NCBI GenBank assembly: GCA_964035575.1 | Contig: OZ037846.1 | Coordinates: 1,488,001 to 1,552,000 of the forward strand | Length of the DNA: 64,000 nt | DNA from: Rhynchopus sp. YZ270_cl-10 | Taxonomy: Eukaryota | Direction of reading: 5' to 3' | In this document: positions 45,889 to 57,673 of the stretch, in pieces | Position numbering within the stretch: position 1 is the first letter of the stretch | How the letters are laid out: each line of letters opens with the position of its first letter | The notes under the pieces: generated by a model | Database searches by the model: none | The model's input: the letters and a program-made list of their open reading frames with translations, nothing else | Told to the model about the DNA's origin: nothing | Program-made: the position numbers and the translations under genes

Positions 45889-46584
45889 CAGGGCTTTCCG
45901 CAGGGGGGAGAATGAAAAGATATGGGGACCAGCCTGCGCTTGAGCATTCTGAGGCTTCCTATTTGGACTTTTCCAGATTTTTTGCATTTTTTCGTACCGT
46001 CCTGTCCCCGTACGTTCAAATACAGGCATAAAGTACGGTTCCAGCTTCCCCTGCTCCTCTCACAAATAAGCCAACAACGGGAGGCAACCGCGAACCCTGT
46101 GTTCGCGTCAGTTGCAGGCAAACGTCCACCATCAGAGACATCTGAGGTTGTGTACAAGAAGAAGGAGAAGTCGTGTCAATCTCATTCAATTATGAGGGTT
46201 GGAAGACGGAGGAGATCTAAAATGTTGCGTACTGTGGCTTCGCCTGGAACCTTTGGGTGCCAGGACCGGCGCTTCTTTTATAGATGTACTGTGGTTACTG
46301 ATAAGAAGTCTGACACTCCCTGCGGCTTGTGGTTCACCCTCCCACCCTCGCGCCTTCCACGATTTTGTGCATCAGAGGGGGGAAAGCGCGTCACCTCTCG
46401 GCACTGGCAGGGAGTCGCGTGCACGAAGCGACCGCTTTTATGGGGAAAGCTCGGGGCCCAAATCACCCCGTAGGGGTCATTGACGAGAGCCCTGACAACA
46501 AGGCGCGTACTTATTTTTTTCCACCTTTTTTTTTTGGCTGGCCCCCCTGGAAGGCCAAAACCCCAAATCCTGCGGAAAGCCCTG
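45889..46584. mobile_element. hAT-type non-autonomous element (third copy)
   Basis: Same TIRs, offset 2x9669. Confidence 0.85.
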
Positions 46585-47023
46585 CATTACCCTAAAAAAG
46601 AAAACAAACGAAAAAAGAAGCCAAACCCTTTCAAGAAGTGGCATTTTTTGCGCATGACAAGAATGAAGCTCGACGTTGGTGGGTTATTCATCAATACAAC
46701 AAGATGGCTTCGGGTAACAGTTCAGTGCCGTGCCTAAGTTAGACAGAAAAAAAATGGCCCCAAAAAACAATATCTCTCTCTCTCTCTCTCTCTCTTTTCT
46801 CCTATCCAATGAATTCTGTTCCAACTTATTTCACTCTTCCCCGCAAAGGAGTACGTAGGCCCTTCAACGTGTGTGTGTCTGACGAAGTGTCAGGGATACG
46901 TACACGCAGCGCACCAGGTGCTCCCAAACGAACCGGAACAACTCAGTTTTGTTAAAGGGTCGTTTGTTAGCCCTCAATTTGGAGAGAAAAACACACCACC
47001 CACCAGCATACTAAATAAAAACC

Positions 47024-49303
47024 ATGTCGAAGCGACACGTGGATGTGGACACTACATTGGACGAGAACCCAACGAGAAGAAAGCTTTCTGCAGACGAGGT
47101 CTTGGTGGAGGCTGCCAAGAAGGGGGACACGACTGCTGTGCGGGCGGGACTTGAGAAGCTCAGAACAGACACAGACAACAAAACAGTGGTCTTGGATGCT
47201 GTGCACGAGGCATGCAGAGGGAACCACGATGAATGCCTCGCACTGCTTCTTCCGTATGTTGAGACAACGCAGATGGGGTTCGGGAACTTGCTGAGTGAGT
47301 GTGTCGACGCAGACCACGTTGCGTGCACGGAGGTCCTCTTGCAGCATTGGAAGTCAGTCTGCAGCAACATGGCGATGGTCCCACACGGGCAAGAGGATAC
47401 AGAAAGGCGTGCCTGTCCAGCCATGTGGGCAGACCCTGCAGTGTGTCAGGTGCTCATTGATGCAGGGGCAGACATCGAAACAAAGAATGACATGGGACGT
47501 TCGCCTCTGCACTGGGCTTGCCGTTCAGGAGCACTTGCGGTTGTGAAGTTGTTGGTGAAAGCAGGTGCGGGGGTGCGTGTCACAGACAACTTCGGATACA
47601 CGTGTCTTATGTGTGCATCATCTCAGGGACACACCGAGACTGTGCGCTATCTTGTGGGTTTGAAGGATGTGGACGTGAATCACAAATGCGAGAACCGCTC
47701 TGCGATTTTCTCTGCAGTATGTGAAAATCACTCAGATGTGGTGAAGGTTCTCATTGATGCAGGGGCAGACATCGAGGGAGAGGACGACGATGGACGTTCG
47801 CCACTGCTCGTGGCAAGTTGTGTCGCGAATGTCGAGATTGTGAAAATGTTGGTGAGAGCAGGTGCGGGGGTGTGTGTCGCAGACAACGACGGGAACACAT
47901 GTCTTGTATTTGCGGCCTATTCTGGACACACCGATACTGTGCGCTATCTTGTGGGCTTGCCAGAGGTGGACCTGAGTCACAAGGATAATGACGGCTGCAC
48001 TGCGTTGCACTGCGCAGCTGATCAAAATCACTCAGATGTGGTGGAGGTGCTCATTGATGCAGGGGCTGATATCGAAGCAATGGATGACACGGGACGTTCG
48101 CCTCTGCACTGTGCTTGCCGTTCAGGAGCACTTGACGTTGTGAAGTTGTTGGTGAAAGCAGATGCAGGAGTGTGTGTCACAGACAACGACGGAAACACGT
48201 GTCTTATCCTTGCGGCCTATTCTGGGTACACCGAGACTGTGCGCTATCTTGTGGGCTTGCCGGGGGTGGACGTGAGTCACAAGGATAATGACAGCCATAC
48301 TGCGTTGCACTGCGCAGCTGATCAAAATGATGTAGATGTGGTGGAGGTGCTCATTGAGGCAGTCGCTGATATCGAAACCAAGGACGACACGGGATGTCCG
48401 CCTCTGCACTGGGCTTGCCATTCAGGGGCACTTGATGTTGTGAAGCTGTTGGTGAAAGCAGGTGCGGGGGTGCGTGTCACAGACAACAAAGGACGCACGT
48501 GTCTTATGTGTGCATCAGAGCGTGGACGCACCGATACTGTGCGCTATCTTGTGGGCTTGCCACAGGTGGACGTGAGTCACAAAGATAATGACGGCTGCAC
48601 TGCGTTGCACTGCGCAGCTGATCAAAAGCATGCAGATGTGGTGAAGGTGCTCATTGATGCAGGGGCTGATATCGACATGCAGGATAACATGGGACGTTCG
48701 CCTCTGCACTGGACTTGCCGTTTAGGAGCACTCGACGTTATGAAGCTGTTGGTGAAAGCAGGTGCGGGGGTGGGTGTGACGGACAACGACGGAAACACAT
48801 GTCTTCTGCGTGCAACATTTCAGGGGCGCACTAATGACGATACCGAGACTGTGCGCTATCTTCTCTGCCTGCCACAGGTGAACGTGAATGACTCAAATAA
48901 CAGGGGCTTCACTTCACTGTACCGCGCAGTGTTGCGGAATCACTCAGATGTGGTGAAGGTGCTCATTGACGCTGGGGCAGACGTCGAGGCAATGAACGAT
49001 GGACGTACGCCTCTGCACTGTGCTTGTATGGTGGGAAATCTTAAAAATGTGCAGATGTTGGTTGTAGCAGGTGCGGACGTGTGTGAGGTGGATGGAAAGG
49101 GTGACAGATGCCTCAGCGTTGCGGCTCGTTATGGACACACCGAGACTGTGCGCTATCTTGTGGGCTTGCCAGAGGTGGACGTGAACCACAGAAATTTGTT
49201 GGGCCACACTGCATTGGACCGTGCGAGGGTGGAACAGCATTCAGGTGTGGTGCAGGTTCTCCTCGAGCACCGTGGGGAAGTCTTTGCGCAATCACTCACG
49301 TGA
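47024..49303 (+). CDS. Ankyrin-repeat protein, copy 10 (copy 4 variant, E>V and H>Y near C-terminus)
   Basis: 759-aa ORF. Confidence 0.9.
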   Translation: MSKRHVDVDTTLDENPTRRKLSADEVLVEAAKKGDTTAVRAGLEKLRTDTDNKTVVLDAVHEACRGNHDECLALLLPYVETTQMGFGNLLSECVDADHVACTEVLLQHWKSVCSNMAMVPHGQEDTERRACPAMWADPAVCQVLIDAGADIETKNDMGRSPLHWACRSGALAVVKLLVKAGAGVRVTDNFGYTCLMCASSQGHTETVRYLVGLKDVDVNHKCENRSAIFSAVCENHSDVVKVLIDAGADIEGEDDDGRSPLLVASCVANVEIVKMLVRAGAGVCVADNDGNTCLVFAAYSGHTDTVRYLVGLPEVDLSHKDNDGCTALHCAADQNHSDVVEVLIDAGADIEAMDDTGRSPLHCACRSGALDVVKLLVKADAGVCVTDNDGNTCLILAAYSGYTETVRYLVGLPGVDVSHKDNDSHTALHCAADQNDVDVVEVLIEAVADIETKDDTGCPPLHWACHSGALDVVKLLVKAGAGVRVTDNKGRTCLMCASERGRTDTVRYLVGLPQVDVSHKDNDGCTALHCAADQKHADVVKVLIDAGADIDMQDNMGRSPLHWTCRLGALDVMKLLVKAGAGVGVTDNDGNTCLLRATFQGRTNDDTETVRYLLCLPQVNVNDSNNRGFTSLYRAVLRNHSDVVKVLIDAGADVEAMNDGRTPLHCACMVGNLKNVQMLVVAGADVCEVDGKGDRCLSVAARYGHTETVRYLVGLPEVDVNHRNLLGHTALDRARVEQHSGVVQVLLEHRGEVFAQSLT

Positions 49304-49651
49304 CGACATCGATTCCCTCATTAAAAACGACCTTTTTAGGGCGCTCGGGATCCTTCACGGAAGCATTGATGGCACTAAAGCCATACCCGTTCTTCGCAGA
49401 TGCCGCATCTGATCCGTTTGTGGAGTGGGAGGGTTTGCGGGCTGGCCAAGTTGCCTTCCCTCGTCACATGAGTCACACCACCACCCAGCCACAAAACCCA
49501 AAAAAACCCCCAAAGTGCTATTTTCTGCTATTTTGGGGTCGTCAGCCACACCAATAATGCATCAGAACAAATGAAAAATGCCTCTCTCTCTCTCTCTCTC
49601 TTTTCTCCTATCCAATGAATTCTGTTCCTCAACTTATTTCACTCTTCCCCA

Positions 49652-50187
49652 CAGGCATGAGAATAAGGCCCGGACCCCGGACCCCGGACCCGGCCCCCCG
49701 GAACCCCACACCCCCCTACCCTACTCTTGCTCCCTTCCCACCCTCTAAGAACTTGTCCATTTTGGAAAAGTGACCCCACCACTGGCCGCACGGATTCCGA
49801 AAATGCAAATGCCGGTGTTTTTTGGTATTTTCATTTTGCACTCTGCCCGGCACCTTGCCCGGCACCCTGTTAAACCCCGACACCCCCACCCATTCCCAGC
49901 ACCAACACATCCACAACAGAAATTTTACTATGTCATCACCCCAGGCAGCTGTACATGACAGCCTGTCCGGCACCCCCGCTGTCAAGAGGGGTCCCGAGAA
50001 AGCCCCATTTGTGAATCTTTACATAGATTAGAGTCAGCTTAGAGATCCCCTCACCCCACCCCACACCCAACGTGTCGTTCAGCACTCCAAAAAACCGAGA
50101 CCCCCTCACCCCCACCTCACCCCTTGTGAGAATAGCCCGGACCCCGGACCCCGGACCCGCACCCCCCTAACCTTATTCTCATGCCTG
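49652..50187. mobile_element. hAT-type MITE (536 bp)
   Basis: Perfect 17-bp TIR caggcatgagaataagg / ccttattctcatgcctg. Exact 8-bp TSD cttcccca (49644-49651, 50188-50195). (cccggac)x3 near both ends. Confidence 0.93.
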
Positions 50188-50624
50188 CTTCCCCACAAAG
50201 GAGTACGTAGGCCTACAACGTGTAGGGGGGTCCTAGCTAGGCCGGGGCTCTGTCGGAAAAACTATTTTTTTAAAAAAATATGCCTAAGTCCCCGAAAACA
50301 CACGGAATTGCTCCAGAACACATTTTTTCCAGTGTCCCGCAGTGTCCCACCACTGTTTTTTGGTTTTTGTGGCATAAAAAATACAAAAAAAAATACATGG
50401 TTCTAAAGGGGCCGAGTACAATGGCGTTTTCACGTATTTTTCATGATTTTTCAAATTTGGCAAAATTCAAGTCAAATACCAGACATTCTCCCCCCCACCT
50501 CGTTATGTCACCAACATGTCCAAAAAAAAGATGTTTTTCCATTTTGTATTCTACCCCCAGTGTAACATAAAATTCCACATTTCCACCAAAATCCACAAAC
50601 CCAGCGTCACACACAGGCTAATAT

Positions 50625-52965
50625 CGCTCCTAAAATGGCCGTCATTGTTTCAGTTTTTTGACAACAGTTCTTCAGCCGCATTTTCGTAGGGTACCTAATG
50701 TCACTATTTGGGTGTATTTGGAGGTGTTACAGCGGTGCGCTCTCAAAACTGCCGTCATTGTTTCAGTTATTTGACAACAGTTCTTCAGGCGCATTTTCGT
50801 AGGGTACCTAATGTCACTATTTGGGCACATTTGGAGGTGTTACAGCGGTGCGCTCTAATAACTGCCGTCATTGTTGCAGTTATTTGACAACAGTTCTTCA
50901 GCCGCATTTTCGTAGGGTATCTAATGTCACTATTTGGGTGTATTTGGAGGTGTTGCAACGGCGCGCTCTTAAATCTGCCGTCATTGTTTCAGTTTTTTGA
51001 CAACAGTTCTTTAGGCGCACTTTCGTAGGGTACCTAATGTCACTATTTGGGTACATCTGGAGGTGTTACAGCGGTGCGCTCTTAAATCTGCCGTCATTGT
51101 TACAGTTATTTGACAAGAGTTCTTCAGGCGCACTTTCGTAGGGTACCTAATGTCACTATTTGGGTGTATTTGGAGGTGTTGCAACGGTGCGCTCTTAAAA
51201 CTGCCGTCATTGTTTCAGTTATTTGACAACAGTTCTTCAGCCGCATTTTCGTAGGGTACCTAATGTCACTATTTGGGTGTATTTGGAGGTGTTGCAACGG
51301 TGCGCTCTCAAAATGGCCGTCATTGTTTCAGTTATTTGACAACAGTTCTTCAGCCGCATTTTCGTAGGGTACCTAATGTCACTATTTGGGCACATTTGAA
51401 GGTGTTGCAGCGGTGCGCTCTTAAATCTGCCGTCATTGTTACAGTTATTTGACAAGAGTTCTTCAGGCGCACTTTCGTAGGGTACCTAATGTCACTATTT
51501 GGGTACATCTGGAGGTGTTACAGCGGTGCGCTCTTAAATCTGCCGTCATTGTTTCAGTTATTTGACAACAGTTCTTCAGGCGCACTTTCGTAGGGTACCT
51601 AATGTCACTATTTGGGTGTATTTGGAGGTGTTGCAACGGTGCGCTCTTAAAACTGCCGTCATTGTTTCAGTTATTTGACAACAGTTCTTCAGCCGCATTT
51701 TCGTAGGGTACCTAATGTCACTATTTGGGCACATTTGAAGGTGTTGCAGCGGTGCGCTCTTAAATCTGCCGTCATTGTTACAGTTATTTGACAAGAGTTC
51801 TTCAGGCGCACTTTCGTAGGGTACCTAATGTCACTATTTGGGTACATCTGGAGGTGTTACAGCGGTGCGCTCTTAAATCTGCCGTCATTGTTTCAGTTAT
51901 TTGACAACAGTTCTTCAGGCGCACTTTCGTAGGGTACCTAATGTCACTATTTGGGTGTATTTGGAGGTGTTGCAACGGTGCGCTCTTAAATCTGCCGTCA
52001 TTGTTTCAGTTATTTGACAACAGTTCTTCAGCCGCATTTTCGTAGGGTACCTAATGTCACTATTTGGGTGTATTTGGAGGTGTTGCAACGGTGCGCTCTT
52101 AAAACTGCCGTCATTGTTTCAGTTATTTGACAACAGTTCTTCAGCCGCATTTTCGTAGGGTACCTAATGTCACTATTTGGGTGTATTTGGAGGTGTTGCA
52201 ACGGTGCGCTCTTAAATCTGCCGTCATTGTTTCAGTTATTTGACAACAGTTCTTCAGCCGCATTTTCGTAGGGTACCTAATGTCACTATTTGGGTGTATT
52301 TGGAGGTGTTGCAACGGTGCGCTCTTAAAACTGCCGTCATTGTTTCAGTTATTTGACAACAGTTCTTCAGCCGCATTTTCGTAGGGTACCTAATGTCACT
52401 ATTTGGGCACATTTGAAGGTGTTGCAGCGGTGCGCTCTTAAATCTGCCGTCATTGTTACAGTTATTTGACAAGAGTTCTTCAGGCGCACTTTCGTAGGGT
52501 ACCTAATGTCACTATTTGGGTACATCTGGAGGTGTTACAGCGGTGCGCTCTTAAATCTGCCGTCATTGTTTCAGTTATTTGACAACAGTTCTTCAGGCGC
52601 ACTTTCGTAGGGTACCTAATGTCACTATTTGGGTGTATTTGGAGGTGTTGCAACGGTGCGCTCTTAAATCTGCCGTCATTGTTTCAGTTATTTGACAACA
52701 GTTCTTCAGCCGCATTTTCGTAGGGTACCTAATGTCACTATTTGGGTGTATTTGGAGGTGTTGCAACGGTGCGCTCTTAAAACTGCCGTCATTGTTTCAG
52801 TTATTTGACAACAGTTCTTCAGCCGCATTTTCGTAGGGTACCTAATGTCACTATTTGGGTGTATTTGGAGGTGTTGCAACGGTGCGCTCTTAAAACTGCC
52901 GTCATTGTTTCAGTTATTTGACAACAGTTCTTCAGCCGCATTTTCGTAGGGTACCTAATGTCACT
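50625..52965. repeat. 113-bp tandem repeat array, ~21 units
   Basis: gccgtc unit starts at 50638, 50751 ... 52898 (20x113). Units differ only by SNPs, with a local 339-bp higher-order pattern. Confidence 0.95.
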
Positions 52966-53717
52966 GGATCAGCGTGCAATCTGCAAAGCTGCGGCGGACG
53001 TTCTGCATAGTCGTAAGCGAACTCGTAAAGCTCTGGAAGCCGCGCTGCGCGAACCGCTCCACATCTGGGTAGAGGGTGTGAAAAAGTCCCTGCCATTCCT
53101 GCAACAAGATGGCATCAACAGCATACCCGATGTGCGCATTGATTCTGAGCTGGCGGAGTACACGTTTGCTCTGGAGATGAAACACCTCCCGCAAGAACAT
53201 GTCACGGAGGTTGTGGCATGGAAAGGGTGTGACAGCGCAGGTTCTCGCTACGCAGAAAGCAGCGGGCAGCACCGCCGTCACTCATGTTCTGGTCTCTGAG
53301 TCCATCGAGATTGAGGACTCACAAAGACTCTCTGTGTCAGGGAGTGTCACGCAAGCGGCATTGGAGGATGCGTTGACCCTACCCCCGGAGCAGAGTCCTG
53401 GGTTTGGATCATTCCTTTCCGTTGCTGATCCGGCGGCGACTCTCGCTGACAGTGATGCCCCCATGTGGATGAGCCTCATGCCGAGGGTCTTTCGTTGTGT
53501 CTGTCCCCTTGGCTGGTATATGTGCGAGCGTGCGAGAGACGTTATGTGTTCCGTACCAGATTTTTTGATGGAGGCTGTAACGGCGGCAGTGAGAGAAATG
53601 GAGGGGGGTATAAGCAAGAAAAGACTGGGGGGATTGTCTCAGATAGAGACCCTGCGCGAGGTAGTTGACACTTTTTTAACTGTGGTGGCGACTTTGCAGT
53701 CGTCGGTTACGTCTTAA
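52958..53717 (+). pseudogene. Unidentified coding fragment (two ORFs joined by a frameshift near 53225)
   Basis: ORFs 52958-53299 and 53199-53717 read as protein-like (~250 aa joined). The ATG is supplied by the last repeat unit. No recognisable motif. Confidence 0.45.
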
Positions 53718-54552
53718 GTCCCGTTTGTGTTTCGGATTTTTGCGAACAGGGCCTATTAAAATTAAAGGCCAGTTTGTATTTTTCTGGTTTGTTTCTCTTC
53801 TTGCGCTGGCTTTAGTTTCAAGTTATACCACACCCTCTCATCTGAGTCATCAGCCTGCTGATCAGGGTAACCGTTAAAGTACCAGCCTTTCTAGGTATTC
53901 TTGAGTCAACCTACGCAAGCCTTCTCTCCAAAGCTTTTCTGTTGCGATTCTCTTCTATTTGTTCCGGTTTTAGCCTTTTCAAGTTGTATAATATTTGCAG
54001 GTACTCTCTGTTTTGTTAGTTTCTCTTCCTTCTTCAATCAACAAAGATACCACCACCCCACCCTTTTCAATTTTTTATTTCCTCTATTCTTCCCATCCAA
54101 GCCCTCCCCTACCCCACACGAAACACACCAGGTCGCTCAGACTCGCTGCAGGGATGGTTTGTGGCTGAGCCCCAGCGAACATGGTTTCGATCATGCATGA
54201 TTTCCAGTGACGTGTTACCTTCTCAAGCTTCTCTGCAACGAACCGGGGTCACGGCATGGGTGCATTGCCGGAGAATTTTCGCATTTTCGATTTTTTTTTT
54301 TTTTTTTTTTTGTGAACCCAAAATTTTGACAACACCTCAAAATAGTTTTTCCGACAGACCCTCCCATAGAAATTTGGTCGGCTAGGACCCCCCTACAACG
54401 TGTGTGTCTGAAGAAGTGTCAGGGATACGTACACGCAGCGCACCAGGTGCTCCCAAACGAACCGGAACAACGCAGTTTTGTTAAAGGGTCGTTTGTTAGC
54501 CCTCAATTTGAAGAGAACAACACACCACCCACCAGCATACTAAATAAAAACC

Positions 54553-55911
54553 ATGTCGAAGCGACACGTGGATGTGGACACTACATTGGACGAGAACCCA
54601 CCAAAGAGAAGAAAGCGTTCTGCAGACGAGGTCTTGGTGGAGGCTGCCAAGAAAGGGGACACGACCGCTGTGCGGACGCGACTTGAGAAGCTCAGAACAG
54701 ACACAGACAACAAAACAGTGGTCTTGGATGCTGTGCACGAGGCATGCAGAGGGAACCACGATGAATGCCTTGCACCGCTTCTTCCGTATGTTGAGACAAC
54801 GCAGATGGGGTTCGGGAACTTGCTGAGTGAGTGCGTGCACGCAGACCACGTTGCGTGCACGGAGGTCCTCTTGCAGCATTGGAAGTCAGTCTGCAGCAAC
54901 GTGGCGATGGTCCCACACGGGCACGAGGATACAGAAGGGCGTGCCTGTCCAGCCATGTGGGCGGACCCTGCAGTGTGTCAGGTGCTCATTGATGCAGGGG
55001 CAGACATCGAAACAAAGAATGACATGGGACGTTCGCCTCTGCACTGGGCTTGCCGTTCAGGAGCACTCGACGTTGTGAAGTTGTTGGTGAAAGCAGGTGC
55101 GGGGGTGCGTGTCACAGACAACTTCGGATACACGTGTCTTATGTGTGCATCATCTCAGGGACACACCGAGACTGTGCGCTATCTTGTGGGCTTGCCACAG
55201 GTGGACGTGAGTCACAAAGATAATGACGGCTGCACTGCGTTGCTCTACGCAGCTTATCAAAATGACGCAGATGCGATGGAGGTGCTCATTGATGCAGGGA
55301 CTGATATCGAAACCAAGGATGACATGGGATGTCCTCTTCTGTACTGGGCTTGCCATTCAGGAGTACTTTCAGTTGTGAAGTTGTTGGTGAAAGCAGGTGC
55401 GGGGGTGCGTGTCACAGACAACAACGAAGGAATCACGTGTCTTATGTGTGCATCAGAGCATGGACGCACAGAGACTGTGCGCTATCTTCTGGGACTGCCA
55501 GAGGTGGATGTGAATGACTCAAATAACAGTGACCCCACTTCACTGCACCGCGCAGTGTTGCGGAAGCACTCAGATGTGGTGAAGGTGCTCATTGACGCTG
55601 GGGCAGACGTCGAAGCAATGAACGATGGACGTACGCCTCTGCACTGTGCTTGTGTAGCGGGTAATCCTGAAATTGTGCAGATGTTGGTCGAAGCAGGTGC
55701 GGACGTGTGTGCGGTGGATAACAAGAGTGACAGATGCCTCAGCATTGCGGCTCGTTATGGACACACCGAGACTGTGCGTTATCTTGTGGGCTTGCCAGAG
55801 GTGGACGTGAACCACAGAAATTTTTTGGGCCACACTGCATTGGACTGTGCGAGGAAGAAACAACATGCAGATGTGGTGCAGGTTCTCCTCGAGCAGCACT
55901 CCCACACGTGA
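54553..55911 (+). CDS. Ankyrin-repeat protein, copy 11 (3 modules)
   Basis: 452-aa ORF; C-terminal half like copy 5. Confidence 0.9.
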   Translation: MSKRHVDVDTTLDENPPKRRKRSADEVLVEAAKKGDTTAVRTRLEKLRTDTDNKTVVLDAVHEACRGNHDECLAPLLPYVETTQMGFGNLLSECVHADHVACTEVLLQHWKSVCSNVAMVPHGHEDTEGRACPAMWADPAVCQVLIDAGADIETKNDMGRSPLHWACRSGALDVVKLLVKAGAGVRVTDNFGYTCLMCASSQGHTETVRYLVGLPQVDVSHKDNDGCTALLYAAYQNDADAMEVLIDAGTDIETKDDMGCPLLYWACHSGVLSVVKLLVKAGAGVRVTDNNEGITCLMCASEHGRTETVRYLLGLPEVDVNDSNNSDPTSLHRAVLRKHSDVVKVLIDAGADVEAMNDGRTPLHCACVAGNPEIVQMLVEAGADVCAVDNKSDRCLSIAARYGHTETVRYLVGLPEVDVNHRNFLGHTALDCARKKQHADVVQVLLEQHSHT

Positions 55912-56360
55912 CGACATCGATTCCCTCATTAAAAACGAGCACCTTTTTAGGGCGCTCGGGATCCTTCACGGAAGCATTGACGGCACTAAGGCCATATCCG
56001 TTCTTCGCAGATGCCGCATCTTGGCAGAGAGTGAGTGCAGGGAGGGGAGGTCTTACGGAGGAAGGTGAACAATACCTGACGCCTGACGATAGCCGAGAAG
56101 GGCAAACTCCACGATCTCACCGTGTTGGCAGGGATTGGCGAGATGTTTTGGTCCAGGAGTATTTTTATGAACTTTGAAAAAATTTCGCCACTCGGGGACT
56201 CGTCGGCAGAATGGCCTCTTCCTCCTCTTCCTCTTCCTCTTCCCCAGCAGTATTACATCGGGCACCCTGCGTTGTTCTTCTTCAGGCGCTTTGCGGCTTC
56301 CTCGCCCTGCCGCTTCACCCTGCAGTGGCTAACGTTGTCGCACGGGGGATTATGTGGGCA

Positions 56361-56449
56361 GGGTACACAGCACGGTGTGGAGCAGAGTGCGCTGCCATGA
56401 GGGAACGGCTGCGGGTTGCTGATGCCCCTCCTGAGGGAGGGGAAGAAGG
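56361..56449 (+). repeat. Duplicated 3' end of the NFX1 gene
   Basis: Matches 14911-14999 (GYTARCGAECAAMRERLRVADAPPEGGEEG). Shorter pieces at ~32852-32889 and ~42521-42558. Confidence 0.85.
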
Positions 56450-57673
56450 AGATCTGAGATAGATAGAGAGTACCTAAAAGACCCGCGAGGGGCGAACAGC
56501 AATGATAAAAACGGAGAGGAGGGGAGGGGGATACTTTTATCTCGAAATAGGCGCTACGATGAGGGGGGCGAATGTGGAAGCCGAAACAACCCAAAACAAA
56601 ACCCAACAAAAAATCTGATGAAGATGGTGTGGTGATTTGGTGAGGGTAGAGACTGAAACATAAACGGACCCCGGTCAACCAGGACAAAGCCCGAGGAAAA
56701 TCAAATAAATATTCTGCCAAATAGCAGTGTGCGTGCCATGTCAAATCAAAAGAACGGTAGTCTGTATCAAACACGCAGCGAAGCTGCTCCGCTAAAGCGT
56801 GTTTCAGAGAGACAGAGAGAGAGAGAGAGAGACCCGGGGGCTTGTTGAAGGGACGGAGCGGGAAAAGGAAAAGAAAAAAGGTTTATTCCGAAGGCTGTCT
56901 TTGTGTACTAAGGTTACCTCAGAGAGAAGATGCGATTGTCTCACAAAACTTTTATTATTATTTTTGCTTTTTTCTGCCAACATAAACCTGTGGTCCACCT
57001 CCTTCTAGCCTTTTTGACCACCACTGTGTAGCCTGAACAGATTTGGCCAAGTGCCATTTCATCTGCGGTCTTTCTTTTTTTCACCTGAGTCGGAGAGAGG
57101 TGAACAGAGGATCTAGTCAACAGTAAGGAGTCCGAGAGAAACAGGCAAGGCGACGGCTGCGTGTGGAACTCATACAAAGGGTGGTGACTGCAGTTTCTTT
57201 TCTTTTCAATCATTTTCCCCCAAAAAAGAAAACAAACGAAAAGAGGTCAAAACAAAATTTTTTTTCAAGAAGTGGCATTTTTGCGCATTGCAGACGCTCG
57301 ACGTGGGTGGGTTATTCATCAATACAACAAGATGGCTTCAGGTAACAGTTGAGTGCCGTGCCTAAGTTAGACAGAAAAAATGGCTCCAAAAAACAATAGT
57401 GCATCAGAACAAATGAAAAATGCCTCTCTCTCTCTCTCTCTCTTTTCTCCTATCCAATGAATTCTGTTCCTCAACTTATTTCCCAGTACTCTAGACAGTG
57501 TATCCTCCTCAAGTACTGGACAGTGGTCTTGTGACATTGTTCTCTGAATTCGACTAATGTGTGTCTTGTACACTCCAAAGACTCAGGAAGAGTTGAGTCC
57601 GAATGACTCGTTGTCGTGCACCTCAATTTGGAGAGAAAAAACACACCACCCACCAGCATACTAAAGAAAAATC

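Larger units (their letters stand above)
25000..49651 (+). repeat. 9,669-bp near-perfect tandem amplification (~2.5 units, three ankyrin genes per unit)
   Basis: ORF starts 24590/34259/43928, 27686/37355/47024 and 30493/40162 are all offset by exactly 9669. Translations identical apart from edges. Confidence 0.92.
50224..54394. mobile_element. 4.17-kb TIR element with 9-bp TSD (Mutator- or Merlin-like, non-autonomous) carrying a tandem array
   Basis: TIR aggggggtcctagc / gctaggacccccct plus a second inverted block tctgtcggaaaaactatttt. TSD acaacgtgt at 50215-50223 and 54395-54403. Empty sites in paralogous upstream regions (e.g. ~40003). Confidence 0.85.

Noticed and set aside
51237..52472. 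Three 72-aa minus-strand ORFs in the array
   Set aside because: By-products of the 113-bp repeat, whose length is not a multiple of 3.
50625..52965. CRISPR-like array
   Set aside because: Units are near-identical along their full 113 bp with no unique spacers, there are no cas-like ORFs, and the context is eukaryotic.
52958..53717. Fanzor/TnpB or transposase identity for the cargo ORF
   Set aside because: No RuvC, zinc-finger or DDE motifs recognisable by eye.
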